A stretch of DNA of 56,318 nucleotides from Nitrososphaeraceae archaeon (GTDB lineage Archaea > Thermoproteota > Nitrososphaeria > Nitrososphaerales > Nitrososphaeraceae), in the NCBI GenBank assembly GCA_044870765.1, contig JBIOZG010000011.1, positions 1 through 56,318 of the forward strand, in the 5' to 3' direction. The notes beneath the pieces are model-generated. The model was not told the DNA's origin and made no database searches. It worked only from the letters and a program-made list of their open reading frames with translations. Of the stretch, positions 1-10,324 are shown one piece after another; position 1 is the stretch's first letter, and the number at the start of each line of letters is the position of its first letter. The translations under genes were made by a program, and so were the position numbers.

Positions 1-1875
1 ACTGGCAAGACTGGCGTCGTCATTACCATAATTCAGTTAGGGTTAATATTCATTCTAATCACAGCCGGTATATGGGTTATGAGCGGTCAACCTAACTGGC
101 ATACGAATTTTTCAGATTTTATGCCAAAGGGCATCACTGGAATAGTTGCTGCAATGGGTTTGACTTTCATAGCATTTGAAGGATATGAGGTAATCGTTCA
201 AACAGGAGAGGAAGTTAAAAATCCAAAAAGGAACATCCCGCGAGCAATATTCATATCGCTAACTGCTGTGGTTGTTCTGTACTGTTTAATTGCCTTCGTA
301 TCTATTGGCGCCATTTTTCCAGAAGGCATTGAGTCTTGGAAATACATTGGTCAGAGTGGTGAGCTTGGAATAATGAAGGCCGCCGAATTACTCGTACCTT
401 ACGGAGCATTTATCGTTCTAGGCGGGGGTCTTATTTCAACCCTTGCGGCATTAAATGCAACAACCTTCTCATCTGCGAGAGTTGCTTTTGCTATGGGCAG
501 GAATTATAATATGCCGTATCAGCTGAGCGCTATCCACAAAAGGAACAAGACACCTTATGTAGCAATACTAATATCTGGTATCATAATGGCAATTATGGCT
601 TATGGGCTTCCTCTAGGGCAGATTGCCACTGCAGCAGGTGTGATTTTTCTGTTGTTATTTACTCAGGTTAATATGGCTGTAATCACAATTCGTAGAATTT
701 ATGGAGACAAGTTAGATTACGGCTTTAAAACTCCTTTCTTCCCTGTAATACCAATTATAGGTATCTTTCTAAAACTCGGATTAGCTGTATATCTACTTGT
801 AACTCAACCTTTAAGCTGGGCAATAACTGTGGTATGGGTGGTAATTGGATTCTTTGTGTATCGAATGTACACATTTAGGAAAGAAATAGATCATTATGCA
901 CCAATTGTTACCAGCGAAGGGGATTTAGAGAGAAAAGATTACAGGATTCTTATTCCGTATACCCCTGAAGATCCAGATAGATTACTAAAGTATGCGATAA
1001 GAGTAGCCAAAGAAAGTATCGGAGAGATTAATATTTTAAGAGTAATCACAGTTCCAAAACAAACACCCCTATCCGCTGGTACGGGTTATGCTGAAACAGC
1101 CAAGAAATCTTTTGAACCGTTAGATAAGCTAATCGATAAGGAGAATATTCTAAATCACTATCTCGTAAGAATATCACATGATGCAAGTGAAGCAATATTG
1201 GCTACTGTGGAGGAACAAAAAATAGATCTATTGATTACAGATTTTGAAATGTTCAGAAACAGTAAAAAATTTCAAACTATACTAACATGCGATGTTCTAG
1301 CAATTTTGTCAGAAGGGAACGAAGAGCTAACCTTTGAACCAGACCGGAAAAAAGGCCGTAAAGATAAGAAAAATTTGGTCGTTCTATATGATGGGGGAGA
1401 TCATTCCGAGGTCGTTCTGAAGGCAACGAGCTGGTTAGAACGTTCGGGGCAGTTCAAAATTAATGTGTTATATATCAATACCAAAAATGATGGCGAACAG
1501 GAAAAAATTGTAAGAATAACAGACGTACTGAAACAAAAGGAATATCTTGAGCAGGTCGGTATTGAATTTAATGAGATTACCTTATCAGATAACGATATGC
1601 AATATAGTAATGAAGCAGCAGATACAATTTTGTCCTCTTTGGGTAATTTTCAACCCGACGTTGTCATAACGAGTGCAACTATTTCAAAGTTTAGCTTGTT
1701 TAACGATCCTCATTTTCTAAATATGCTATATGAGCTCAAATGCCACGTTATAGTAGCCAGACATTTTGCTATTCCTGGAGTACACACACTCAAAATTCTA
1801 GTCCATAGATTAAGAAATCTAATACTTGAAAAGGTAGAGGACCTCAAAAAAACCAAACAGGAATCGACAAGCTAA
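1..1875 (+). CDS. Amino acid permease (APC family) with C-terminal universal-stress-protein-like domains; 5'-truncated by window
   Basis: Frame is open from base 1 (TGKTGVVITIIQLGLIF...). FIAFEGYE..GEEVKNPKRNIPRA and SSARVAFAMGR are APC motifs. The soluble tail has USP-like segments (ILIPY, ILATVEEQKIDLLI, LVVLYDGGDHS). Confidence 0.9.
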   Translation, partial: TGKTGVVITIIQLGLIFILITAGIWVMSGQPNWHTNFSDFMPKGITGIVAAMGLTFIAFEGYEVIVQTGEEVKNPKRNIPRAIFISLTAVVVLYCLIAFVSIGAIFPEGIESWKYIGQSGELGIMKAAELLVPYGAFIVLGGGLISTLAALNATTFSSARVAFAMGRNYNMPYQLSAIHKRNKTPYVAILISGIIMAIMAYGLPLGQIATAAGVIFLLLFTQVNMAVITIRRIYGDKLDYGFKTPFFPVIPIIGIFLKLGLAVYLLVTQPLSWAITVVWVVIGFFVYRMYTFRKEIDHYAPIVTSEGDLERKDYRILIPYTPEDPDRLLKYAIRVAKESIGEINILRVITVPKQTPLSAGTGYAETAKKSFEPLDKLIDKENILNHYLVRISHDASEAILATVEEQKIDLLITDFEMFRNSKKFQTILTCDVLAILSEGNEELTFEPDRKKGRKDKKNLVVLYDGGDHSEVVLKATSWLERSGQFKINVLYINTKNDGEQEKIVRITDVLKQKEYLEQVGIEFNEITLSDNDMQYSNEAADTILSSLGNFQPDVVITSATISKFSLFNDPHFLNMLYELKCHVIVARHFAIPGVHTLKILVHRLRNLILEKVEDLKKTKQESTS

Positions 1876-1975
1876 ACGCATTCACTCGCTTATTGTACAT
1901 ATACTATATGAAGTTCTGACTTCCAATTCTTGTGTGATGTTCATAATTATTTTTACATTTTTGCTATTATCAAGA

Positions 1976-2009
1976 TTTATATAGCATTAATCTACTTAGG
2001 TAAGCCTAA
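1976..2009 (+). promoter_or_regulatory. TATA box (TTTATATA, 1976-1983) followed by DtxR/MntR-type inverted repeat TTAGG-taag-CCTAA (1996-2009)
   Basis: Palindrome is visible directly and resembles DtxR/IdeR/MntR operators (TTAGG...CCTAA). It lies near the expected start site of the FTR1 gene, whose downstream neighbour is a DtxR-family gene. Confidence 0.65.
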
Positions 2010-2073
2010 TTGTTTTATGCCACTGAGAAAAAATTATTCCATTAAAACCTATTATGCGAGGTAGAAAAAATGA

Positions 2074-4476
2074 ATGAAAATTTTCTATCGGAATGTTAAT
2101 AAGAAAAAAATTTCATTATGCGTATGGATATTTTACCTCGTTCCAAGTCTTTATTCGAGCTCCGTATATGGGGCACAGAATATCGGACTTAGCCCTAGCG
2201 ACCTAGTTTTAGTGACAGTAAACTTACAACGAATTCTGGAACAAATGAATTTGGTTCAAACTAGTCTTACAAATGAAGATAACACAAGGGCTTTTGAACA
2301 CGCATATATTTCACACTCAATAATATTTCCATCAATTAAAGACAAACTAAAAGAGATAGATCAAAACTCAACTGATAGATTGGAATCGCTTTTAATTGAT
2401 TTACCTATAATGGTAAGATCATCTACTCAGATGTCGGAAATAGGAACTAATATCATTCAAATAAAGGATATCTTGAATGATATTAATTCAGCTATACTGA
2501 ATCCAAATAGTTCTGGTTACAATTCAACCATTTCGTCGACTATTATTGTTTTGTTAAACGATACCTCAAAATTCTATCAACTATCTGATTTTGGTAACTC
2601 CAAGAATCCTCCGAGTTTAGTAGATTATGAAAACGCCATAGGGACCGCTGATATCTCGCACATGTTGTACAAAAATATCTCTAAAGTCTTTGATGATTCT
2701 AAACAAGAAGAATTAGAGTCCTTTTTCGCAAACCTGGAGAATTCCTTACTTTATAAATCAGATATTCAAAGCATAACTGTACTCATTAAGGCATTGCAAA
2801 CCAATTTAGCTGAAAATGAATCCGATACTCAGTCCAATGATTCTTTACGGCCATATTTTGCGAATATTAAAAATTTATTATCGGATATTGACGCAGCCAT
2901 AAGAAACGACTCTGATTATTCTTCAGCCGAAAAGTACGCAACTACAGCATACCTGGATAATTTTGAGTATCTCGAAGCTCCGCTTGAAAAAGTTGATCCA
3001 ATACTTATGAAAAACTTGGAACTAATGATGAGAGAACAACTACGAGAATTATTAAAAAATAGCCAGCAATCAGAAGCGATTGTCCTTTTGAACAATATCA
3101 CTACAAATCTTTCAAAGGCCGCAGACCTATTGAATATAAATTATGAAAACCTCGAAACAAGTGATACGGCAGGATATTCAGTTCCTTTGAGAGAGAATAC
3201 CCAATTAAATAATCTAAGTGATATTACAGAACTAAGTAAGGGATTTGGTACTTACTCTGGAATAAAAAAAGGCTTTGGCGATAGTAAAGACTCTGAGAAG
3301 ACGGGAGTAAGGATTGATATAGATAGTATAAGGATCAAATTGGTTGAACTGCTTCAAAACTATAAGGAAGGAGAAAATGACGAAGCATTTATGGCCGCCA
3401 GATCAGCATATCTGGACAGTTACGAAAGAATAGAAGTTCCACTTAGGCCGATAAATCCTGACTATACGCTTGACATGGAAATAAAATTTGCAGAACTCCG
3501 TAATTTGATCCAACAACATCAGCCTTATCCAAGAGTTGAAGCCAAGGTTGTAGAAATTAGAAGCGGGCTAGATGAATCTGAGAGATTGGTTACAGGCACA
3601 GGAACATTAGCACCATCACTTGCATTTTCCACTTCATTTTCTATAATATTCAGAGAAGGGCTTGAATCTGCACTTATAATAGGTGCCATCCTTACTTATC
3701 TTGAAGCATCACGAAATTCACATTATAAGAAACATGTCTACCTAGGAATTGTGATCGCTATTATTGCAACAGTCATTACATGGTTTTTCGCTCAGTTTGT
3801 TATAGACATCACAGGTGCAAGTAAGGAGCTAATCGAGGCAATAGCGGGAATTTCAGCTGTTGTAGTATTATTCTGGGTAAGTTTCTGGATATTAAATAAG
3901 GTTGAAACTAAAAAATGGATTGAATTTGTAAAGGCAAAAGTTTGGCAGGCAACTACAACGGGAAGTGTAATGGTCTTCGCAATGTTATCGTTTTTTACAA
4001 TCTATAGAGAGGGGTTTGAAACTGTCTTATTTTATCAGGCCATGTTCTCATTTGCCAAAAATATGGAGATATTTGTATTCTTGGGACTAGTGCTAGGACT
4101 GGCTGTGATAATAAGTGTTGTATTCATTATTAGAAAGCTCGGCAAAAAGTTACCACTGCGTGTTTTATTTGGCCTAACTATGGCGATAGGAGCTTACATG
4201 TCAATCGCTTTCATCGGAAATGCAATAAGAGAGTTTCAAGAAATTGGTTATATTTCAACAACACACCTATTTGGAATTATCCCACGTTTAGAGATAAACT
4301 TGGCAACAATGACAGGTATTCATCCCACACTAGAAACAACTATTGCTCAGATATTACTCTTATCAGTTTATCTTGTAGGATGTCTTTATATATTAATAAT
4401 GCAACCACGTAGAAAGAAGTTGGCTGAAACGTCTAGAAAATCTATGGCTAATTTGAAGGATGGAGAGAAACGATGA
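2074..4476 (+). CDS. FTR1/EfeU-family iron permease with large extracellular helical N-terminal region
   Basis: Two RExxE motifs (FREGLE, YREGFE) in a C-terminal multi-TM domain; signal peptide; repeated AYLDxxExxE motif in the ectodomain. Confidence 0.92.
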   Translation: MKIFYRNVNKKKISLCVWIFYLVPSLYSSSVYGAQNIGLSPSDLVLVTVNLQRILEQMNLVQTSLTNEDNTRAFEHAYISHSIIFPSIKDKLKEIDQNSTDRLESLLIDLPIMVRSSTQMSEIGTNIIQIKDILNDINSAILNPNSSGYNSTISSTIIVLLNDTSKFYQLSDFGNSKNPPSLVDYENAIGTADISHMLYKNISKVFDDSKQEELESFFANLENSLLYKSDIQSITVLIKALQTNLAENESDTQSNDSLRPYFANIKNLLSDIDAAIRNDSDYSSAEKYATTAYLDNFEYLEAPLEKVDPILMKNLELMMREQLRELLKNSQQSEAIVLLNNITTNLSKAADLLNINYENLETSDTAGYSVPLRENTQLNNLSDITELSKGFGTYSGIKKGFGDSKDSEKTGVRIDIDSIRIKLVELLQNYKEGENDEAFMAARSAYLDSYERIEVPLRPINPDYTLDMEIKFAELRNLIQQHQPYPRVEAKVVEIRSGLDESERLVTGTGTLAPSLAFSTSFSIIFREGLESALIIGAILTYLEASRNSHYKKHVYLGIVIAIIATVITWFFAQFVIDITGASKELIEAIAGISAVVVLFWVSFWILNKVETKKWIEFVKAKVWQATTTGSVMVFAMLSFFTIYREGFETVLFYQAMFSFAKNMEIFVFLGLVLGLAVIISVVFIIRKLGKKLPLRVLFGLTMAIGAYMSIAFIGNAIREFQEIGYISTTHLFGIIPRLEINLATMTGIHPTLETTIAQILLLSVYLVGCLYILIMQPRRKKLAETSRKSMANLKDGEKR

Positions 4477-4601
4477 TATGTTTTAAAACTAAATTTGGGA
4501 ACAAAAAAGTGAACCCTGCATGCAATCAAGAAAAATAATTAGGCGTAAAACTAATAACTATATTGTGATTAAGACTATGTTAAATATTTGGGATCGTCAA
4601 C

Positions 4602-5048
4602 ATGAATTCTGATGAAGAACTTTATCTGGGAACTGCTGAATCCGAACATATTGAAATGTACCTAAAGGCCATTTGGCACATGCGTGAGAAAAATGAAAAA
4701 GTAAAAGTTAGTTCTATTGCTAAGATTTTGAATGTAAGGCAACCATCTGTTGTCCAGATGCTTCACAAGCTGAATGACGAAAATCTAGTTGACTATGAGA
4801 AAGGCAATGCTGAAATGAATTTGACAGCTGAAGGAGAAAAAATAGGAGAACAAATGATTAGGAATACGAGACTTTTGGAGGTCATGATGAAGGAAGCCTT
4901 AAAAATTGAAATCGATGAGGAGATGGTGTGTGGAATTGAACATCATATGAAGCATATATTTACCGATGCTTTATGTACCCTATTAAAACACCCTAGGTAC
5001 TGTCCACATGGTTATGATATTCCTGTGGGTAACTGTTGCAAAGAATAA
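4602..5048 (+). CDS. DtxR/MntR-family metal-dependent transcriptional regulator
   Basis: EMYLKAIW, HTH IAKILNVRQPSVVQML, RLLE, EHH and C-terminal CPHG..IP. Confidence 0.92.
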   Translation: MNSDEELYLGTAESEHIEMYLKAIWHMREKNEKVKVSSIAKILNVRQPSVVQMLHKLNDENLVDYEKGNAEMNLTAEGEKIGEQMIRNTRLLEVMMKEALKIEIDEEMVCGIEHHMKHIFTDALCTLLKHPRYCPHGYDIPVGNCCKE

Positions 5049-5119
5049 ATCATGATGTATATTTCTGACTGTATTTGAGATAATCAATGATTTGTTGATA
5101 TTTTTGAGAAAGATAGTGT

Positions 5120-6214
5120 ATGTCAATTGAATTCAATTACTCATGGGATATGTTTAGGGGTAATATAAGAAGAACGGGATCAACAGGAACTAAACCAGTG
5201 ACCAAACCCTCGCTTTACTGGACAATGGAGCTTGGTCCGATGGTGTCTTCTCCCGTTTATGAAGAAGGATTTCTATTTATTCTTACATTGACCGGACGTA
5301 TCTTTTGTTTGGATATATCAAAGAGAGAAATCAGATGGCATCATAATATTGGAATTCCTATGGTTTCATCGCCATTAATTTTGGGTGATATGATAGTATG
5401 TGCTACGTTTGGTAACTGGATACATGGTGATACTTCACAAGATAATATTGTTTTTGCACTTGATAAAGATGATGGGAGTATGATCTGGGAGCATCATGCC
5501 GGGGGAGACTTTTTTTCTTCACCATGTCCTATAGGAAAGAATATAATCTTGGGGTCCTTGGATCATAATTTGTATTGTATCAATTCGACTGGAGAAATAA
5601 TCTGGAACTATGAGACAAACGGTCAGATTTGGTCTTCTCCTTCTTGCCATGATGATATCATATATTTTGGATCAGATGATGGGTTCATATACTCTGTTGA
5701 TTCAGACGGATCGCTAAAATGGAAATCAAAATTAAATGGTAAAATAAGATCTTCTTCTCCTTGTCTTTATGGAGATTTAATTTTTATTGGCACATATAAT
5801 GGTGGAATATACTGTTTACACAATTTTAACGGTACTACCAATTGGTATAAAACTATAGAAAAACCAGTTTTATCATCTCCCCTTTTGGTAAAGGACAGAA
5901 TCATATTTGGAGCTTCTGATTGTAAACTTTATTGCTTCGATTTGAGAGGTTCTAAACTATGGGAATTTGAAACGGGTGGAAAAATCTGGTCGTCCCCGGC
6001 CAGCAGTGAAAATGATAAATTATTGTTTTTTGGAGGTTTGGATTCATATATTTATGGTATAAATTTCTATACAGGAAACCAGGAGTGGAAATTTCCCACG
6101 ATGGGTAGCATTGATTCTTCACCATGCATTGCAGATGGGATGTTGTTTGTCGGTAGCAGAGATGGTATATTGTATAGTTTTGAAAAACATATAGAACCAG
6201 CATATATCTCCTGA
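5120..6214 (+). CDS. PQQ-binding-like (BamB-type) beta-propeller repeat protein
   Basis: About 8 repeats of W..(TGG)..SSP......GS.DG.LY. Confidence 0.88.
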   Translation: MSIEFNYSWDMFRGNIRRTGSTGTKPVTKPSLYWTMELGPMVSSPVYEEGFLFILTLTGRIFCLDISKREIRWHHNIGIPMVSSPLILGDMIVCATFGNWIHGDTSQDNIVFALDKDDGSMIWEHHAGGDFFSSPCPIGKNIILGSLDHNLYCINSTGEIIWNYETNGQIWSSPSCHDDIIYFGSDDGFIYSVDSDGSLKWKSKLNGKIRSSSPCLYGDLIFIGTYNGGIYCLHNFNGTTNWYKTIEKPVLSSPLLVKDRIIFGASDCKLYCFDLRGSKLWEFETGGKIWSSPASSENDKLLFFGGLDSYIYGINFYTGNQEWKFPTMGSIDSSPCIADGMLFVGSRDGILYSFEKHIEPAYIS

Positions 6215-6257
6215 GATTCAACGTATTTGATACCCATTGGAGGAATTCAAAAATGAA

Positions 6258-7538
6258 TTAATTAGTACTATTTTTCGCTGATATTTTGAAAATTGTTCCA
6301 TCGTGTTTGTAGTTTGTTAGAACGTAGAGATTGCCATCAGACCCTAATTGGAGATCTGTGATTATACCAAAATTTCTACCAAATATTATACTACCAGTTT
6401 CAGAATTTGTGTCTGCTGTCTTATCACTCAACGGACCAGAAAGAACTAGGTGTGTTCTAGTCTTGTCCAGTGGAAAATTGAAAATAGTGCCATTCTTAAC
6501 ACTACCTACAAATAGATTATCTTTGTATTTTGATCCAAGATTGTCAGTATGCAAGAATAGGACAGAAGTAGGTGCTATAGTGTCTATCCATATAAATTCG
6601 GGATCCCTGTAGGTGCCCTTTCCTCCAAAGGTTTCCAATTTTTCTGAATTAAAACCAGGTGTAGCTTTAGAAAATCCGATTACCTCTTTCCATCCGCTAT
6701 TAAATCCAGGTAGCACAAGATTAATTTCATCATCAGTGCTGCGACCATTTTCGGTTTCCCAGAGATTTCCTGTTAACGAGTCAAATCCAATACCAAAACT
6801 ATTTCGTATTCCATACGCATAATACTTATTCAATGGGTCTTCGTCTCCTAGAATTCCTTTATCAACAACGCCACCATCAAATGTAATTCTAAGTACACCA
6901 CCTCTTCCATCTGGTGGAGGACCATCCTTGTTATTCTGAGCTTTAGTAATAAAAGATTGATTTTGAACATAGTTTAAGTTACCAATGACAAGATATACGC
7001 TCTTCTTATCCGGGCCTATCTTTAATACTCCGCCATTATGTGAAGGTCCGGGTATCGTAGGAAGATCGAGGAGCAATTTTGGATTTACCAACTTACCATT
7101 ATCGTATTCATATCTATAAAGGCGATTTCCAAGAACCTCTCCTCCGTCAACATTCTGAGTTTCTGTGTAGAACAAGAATACATACCTGGGTTTATCTGAA
7201 ATTGCAATACCTAACAATCCTCTTTCACTTACATTTGCCACGTTGACGTCCAAAACGGTTCCAACTACAGTACTGTTTTTTATTTCCTTTACTATTCCCG
7301 TATTCTTCTCTATAACCAAGATATCATCAGGTCCTAGAAAATTCATCCCAGTTGGGAACTTAAACCCAGAAGCGTATTCTTGAATCTGTAACTGTGTATC
7401 GTTAACCATAGGCAATTCAAGACTCTTGTCCATTTGGCCAAATACATTGATATTTTGACTAGTTAAAACAATGAATGTAGCGCCGATAAATACAATGAAG
7501 GAAATTAAGTAATTATATTGTAGAGATGAGATTTGCAA
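6258..7538 (-). CDS. PQQ-dependent sugar (glucose/sorbosone) dehydrogenase, secreted
   Basis: ERGLLGIA, HNGG, YGIRNSFG, ENG...DEIN, GFNSGW motifs; N-terminal signal/TM segment. Confidence 0.9.
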   Translation of the reverse strand: MQISSLQYNYLISFIVFIGATFIVLTSQNINVFGQMDKSLELPMVNDTQLQIQEYASGFKFPTGMNFLGPDDILVIEKNTGIVKEIKNSTVVGTVLDVNVANVSERGLLGIAISDKPRYVFLFYTETQNVDGGEVLGNRLYRYEYDNGKLVNPKLLLDLPTIPGPSHNGGVLKIGPDKKSVYLVIGNLNYVQNQSFITKAQNNKDGPPPDGRGGVLRITFDGGVVDKGILGDEDPLNKYYAYGIRNSFGIGFDSLTGNLWETENGRSTDDEINLVLPGFNSGWKEVIGFSKATPGFNSEKLETFGGKGTYRDPEFIWIDTIAPTSVLFLHTDNLGSKYKDNLFVGSVKNGTIFNFPLDKTRTHLVLSGPLSDKTADTNSETGSIIFGRNFGIITDLQLGSDGNLYVLTNYKHDGTIFKISAKNSTN

Positions 7539-7966
7539 GTAAAGACTTCAGGAAGTAACTGGATTGAATTATTTATTAACGTTTACTATTTGAGATTAAA
7601 TAAACTCGAAAAATTGCTATTCACCGGAATGTATAATTAAGATACAAGCAAGAGACGTTGATTTAATGACTTGGATCTAAATTGGCTCGTCTCAGAGGTA
7701 GGAAAATTAGACGAACTGTAAATCGGAGCTTACATATAACATCGCGTTAAGAGAAAGAAAATCATTTCTCAAAATCAATCATCAAAGTCAATGTATTTTA
7801 CAAAACTCTCTCATGTCTCGAGCGCTATGAATCAAGTCATTAACTAAAAATTAGGATTCTTATTATTGAATCACTAGGTGGTGTTTTAAATAACTTTCTT
7901 ATTTAATTACCATATGGAATAATTTTTGAAAATTCATATTAATCATTTTTCTTACCTTACAACTGT

Positions 7967-9244
7967 ATGAAAATTAAATCCAATTTTAGAATTCTTTTGC
8001 TTTTTGGGATATTCATGATATCGGGCATGGTATCCAACACAGCATTGGCACAAATCCCTGCTGCGACTGGGATAGGAGTAAAAATAGACACTCCAGTAGA
8101 TTCATCCAATTTGCCAGCCGGTGATTTAACCATATACGGTACGTCCTCAGATGATGATACTACTAACTGTCAAGTTTATGCTGACTGGAACGATCTAAAA
8201 CCTATGCAGAATGTTTCTGCTAATGGCCCTAAGGGGATCTCTGACTTTTCGAAATGGAGTTTTACATATACTAGCAATTATCATAATATAGTTGAAGGTC
8301 AGAATGAACTAACTTCAAAAATAACATGTTATGACAGCGGTCCAACTGCCTCCTCAAAGTCCTATTCTATTAATGTTACTGGAACAAAAACGGTGAGTAA
8401 AAACTCAAATGATACTCTTCAACAAACTAAAGAAGATACAGTTGCTGAATCTAGCAATATATTATCTGTAAAGAGTAACAATAACGATGACAACGATCTG
8501 AACGATGCAGCTCAACAATCTACTCAAGAAAACATCTCGAATACAGATGCTGAAGCTACAGATGTTGACACAGATGTTGAAGCTACAGATGTTGACACAG
8601 ATGCTGAAGCCACAAATATATTACCTGTGAAAAGCAACAATACCGACAGTACTCCTCAACAAACCAATGAAGATTCAGATAATGAAGCTAACAATATATT
8701 ACCAGTAGAGAATAACAAAAGCAACAGCGGTACTTATAAAATTCTCCCATTATATTCTGAATCCAATGAAAAATCAACAAAGTCGGCATCTTCCGAAGGT
8801 TCTGACGAAACAAACGTAGGTAGCACTGGTACCGTTGAGTCAGAAGATGGTTCTAATTCAAAAACAATTGACACTACCGACACTGGTACTTCTACTACCC
8901 TAGGTACACAAGAAGCTCAAACAGAAGCAGATACCTCCCCTATGAGTGGATCCAAAATTTCTGAAGGCACAGACCAATCAAAAGTTGATAGTAATACTAA
9001 CACCTTTTTTACATATGAACCTGACCTAGGAGAAGAGCAAGGATCAAGCAATAATCATGACCACACAATCGGCACTCCGGAATCTGATAATTCTATATCA
9101 AATTTTAATAACGAGGACAATTCGATTTTCGGACTAAAATTCAAACACTTTGATAAATCAAATGATGATAAGATGGAACAAAAGATAGAAAAATTAAACG
9201 ATAAAATTGCCAATCGGGTGCATTTGTTCGATCTGATTGGATAA
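7967..9244 (+). CDS. Secreted hypothetical protein: N-terminal Ig-like domain plus long acidic S/T/N-rich disordered region
   Basis: Signal peptide ending ALA-Q; about 100-aa beta domain shared with 10325..12328; low-complexity remainder. Confidence 0.75.
   Translation: MKIKSNFRILLLFGIFMISGMVSNTALAQIPAATGIGVKIDTPVDSSNLPAGDLTIYGTSSDDDTTNCQVYADWNDLKPMQNVSANGPKGISDFSKWSFTYTSNYHNIVEGQNELTSKITCYDSGPTASSKSYSINVTGTKTVSKNSNDTLQQTKEDTVAESSNILSVKSNNNDDNDLNDAAQQSTQENISNTDAEATDVDTDVEATDVDTDAEATNILPVKSNNTDSTPQQTNEDSDNEANNILPVENNKSNSGTYKILPLYSESNEKSTKSASSEGSDETNVGSTGTVESEDGSNSKTIDTTDTGTSTTLGTQEAQTEADTSPMSGSKISEGTDQSKVDSNTNTFFTYEPDLGEEQGSSNNHDHTIGTPESDNSISNFNNEDNSIFGLKFKHFDKSNDDKMEQKIEKLNDKIANRVHLFDLIG
8543..8614 (+). 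repeat. 27-bp coding tandem repeat (about 2.7 copies), TDAEATDVD
   Basis: acagatgYtgaagctacagatgttgac at 8543, 8570 and partially at 8597. Confidence 0.9.
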
Positions 9245-9351
9245 GCTAGAATTTTAGTTTCGTAAACTTTAATTCAAAAATAAATTGCTTGCTACTGCTC
9301 CGCTCAAACCGTTCAACAGACATCGAAAATTTTAACTAAAAAATAAAATTT

Positions 9352-10158
9352 GTGACAAGTTTGATCAAGACCTGCGTAAAGTTCACAACGATTGGTACCT
9401 TACTAATAAGATACTTTGATAATAATCAAAGGGGGTCACCTGTTTTACTTATTCATGGCTTAGGAGGTTCCTTAGAAAGTTGGACTAACAATATTGAATC
9501 TTTTTCAACTAGACACAGAGTAATCGCTTTGGATCTTCCCGGCTTTGGGTTGAGTGATAAACCCCGGATTGATTATACTATTGATTTCTACGTAAATTTT
9601 CTAAAAAAATTCATTAAAAAATTAAAAATAATGCGCCCTTTTTTAATTGGTTCTTCCTTGGGAGGTCACATAGTTATTGAGTTAGCCATTAGAGATCCGA
9701 AATTAGTTGACAAAGTCGTACTAATTAGTCCTGCTGGTTCACTTCCAAAATCGTTTAAGGGTACTTTAGCATTGAAAAGATATATTAAAATCGTTGGCGC
9801 CAAATCAGCAGTCGAGGTAAGAGAAATACTATCCTCTATTGATAATTCTATGGTTAACCGCACTTATGCGGAAGCGCTATACAAAAGAATATCATTACCG
9901 GGTGCAAAGTACGCATTTATTTCCGCACTAAGGGGCAGTACAAGAGCTGCAAGATACAATAGAAAACTTGAGAAAATTAACGCAAAACTGTTACTAATTT
10001 GGGGTAAAAATGATAGAATAATACCGGTAAAATTTATCCGCCCTTTCTTGGAACATGGTGATTCAAGAATCATTGTATTTGAAAACTGTGGTCACAGACC
10101 TCATGTAGAGAATGCGGAGCTGTTTAATAAAGCAGTAAAGGATTTCTTAATGGAGTAA
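9352..10158 (+). CDS. Alpha/beta fold hydrolase
   Basis: LIHGLGG, DLPGFG, nucleophile GSSLGG, WG..D..IP, GH. Confidence 0.92.
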   Translation: MTSLIKTCVKFTTIGTLLIRYFDNNQRGSPVLLIHGLGGSLESWTNNIESFSTRHRVIALDLPGFGLSDKPRIDYTIDFYVNFLKKFIKKLKIMRPFLIGSSLGGHIVIELAIRDPKLVDKVVLISPAGSLPKSFKGTLALKRYIKIVGAKSAVEVREILSSIDNSMVNRTYAEALYKRISLPGAKYAFISALRGSTRAARYNRKLEKINAKLLLIWGKNDRIIPVKFIRPFLEHGDSRIIVFENCGHRPHVENAELFNKAVKDFLME

Positions 10159-10324
10159 AATTGAATGAATTTATGCAACAATGTTTCATAAGATTAAATG
10201 ATCCTTCCTCTATGTGAATTTATGAGTAAAAAGAAAAGTATTCAATTAGTTAAAAAATGATATCGTCATTTTTAAGTGATAATAGACTGACAATACTTAT
10301 AAAAATTAAATTAGATAAGATTTT

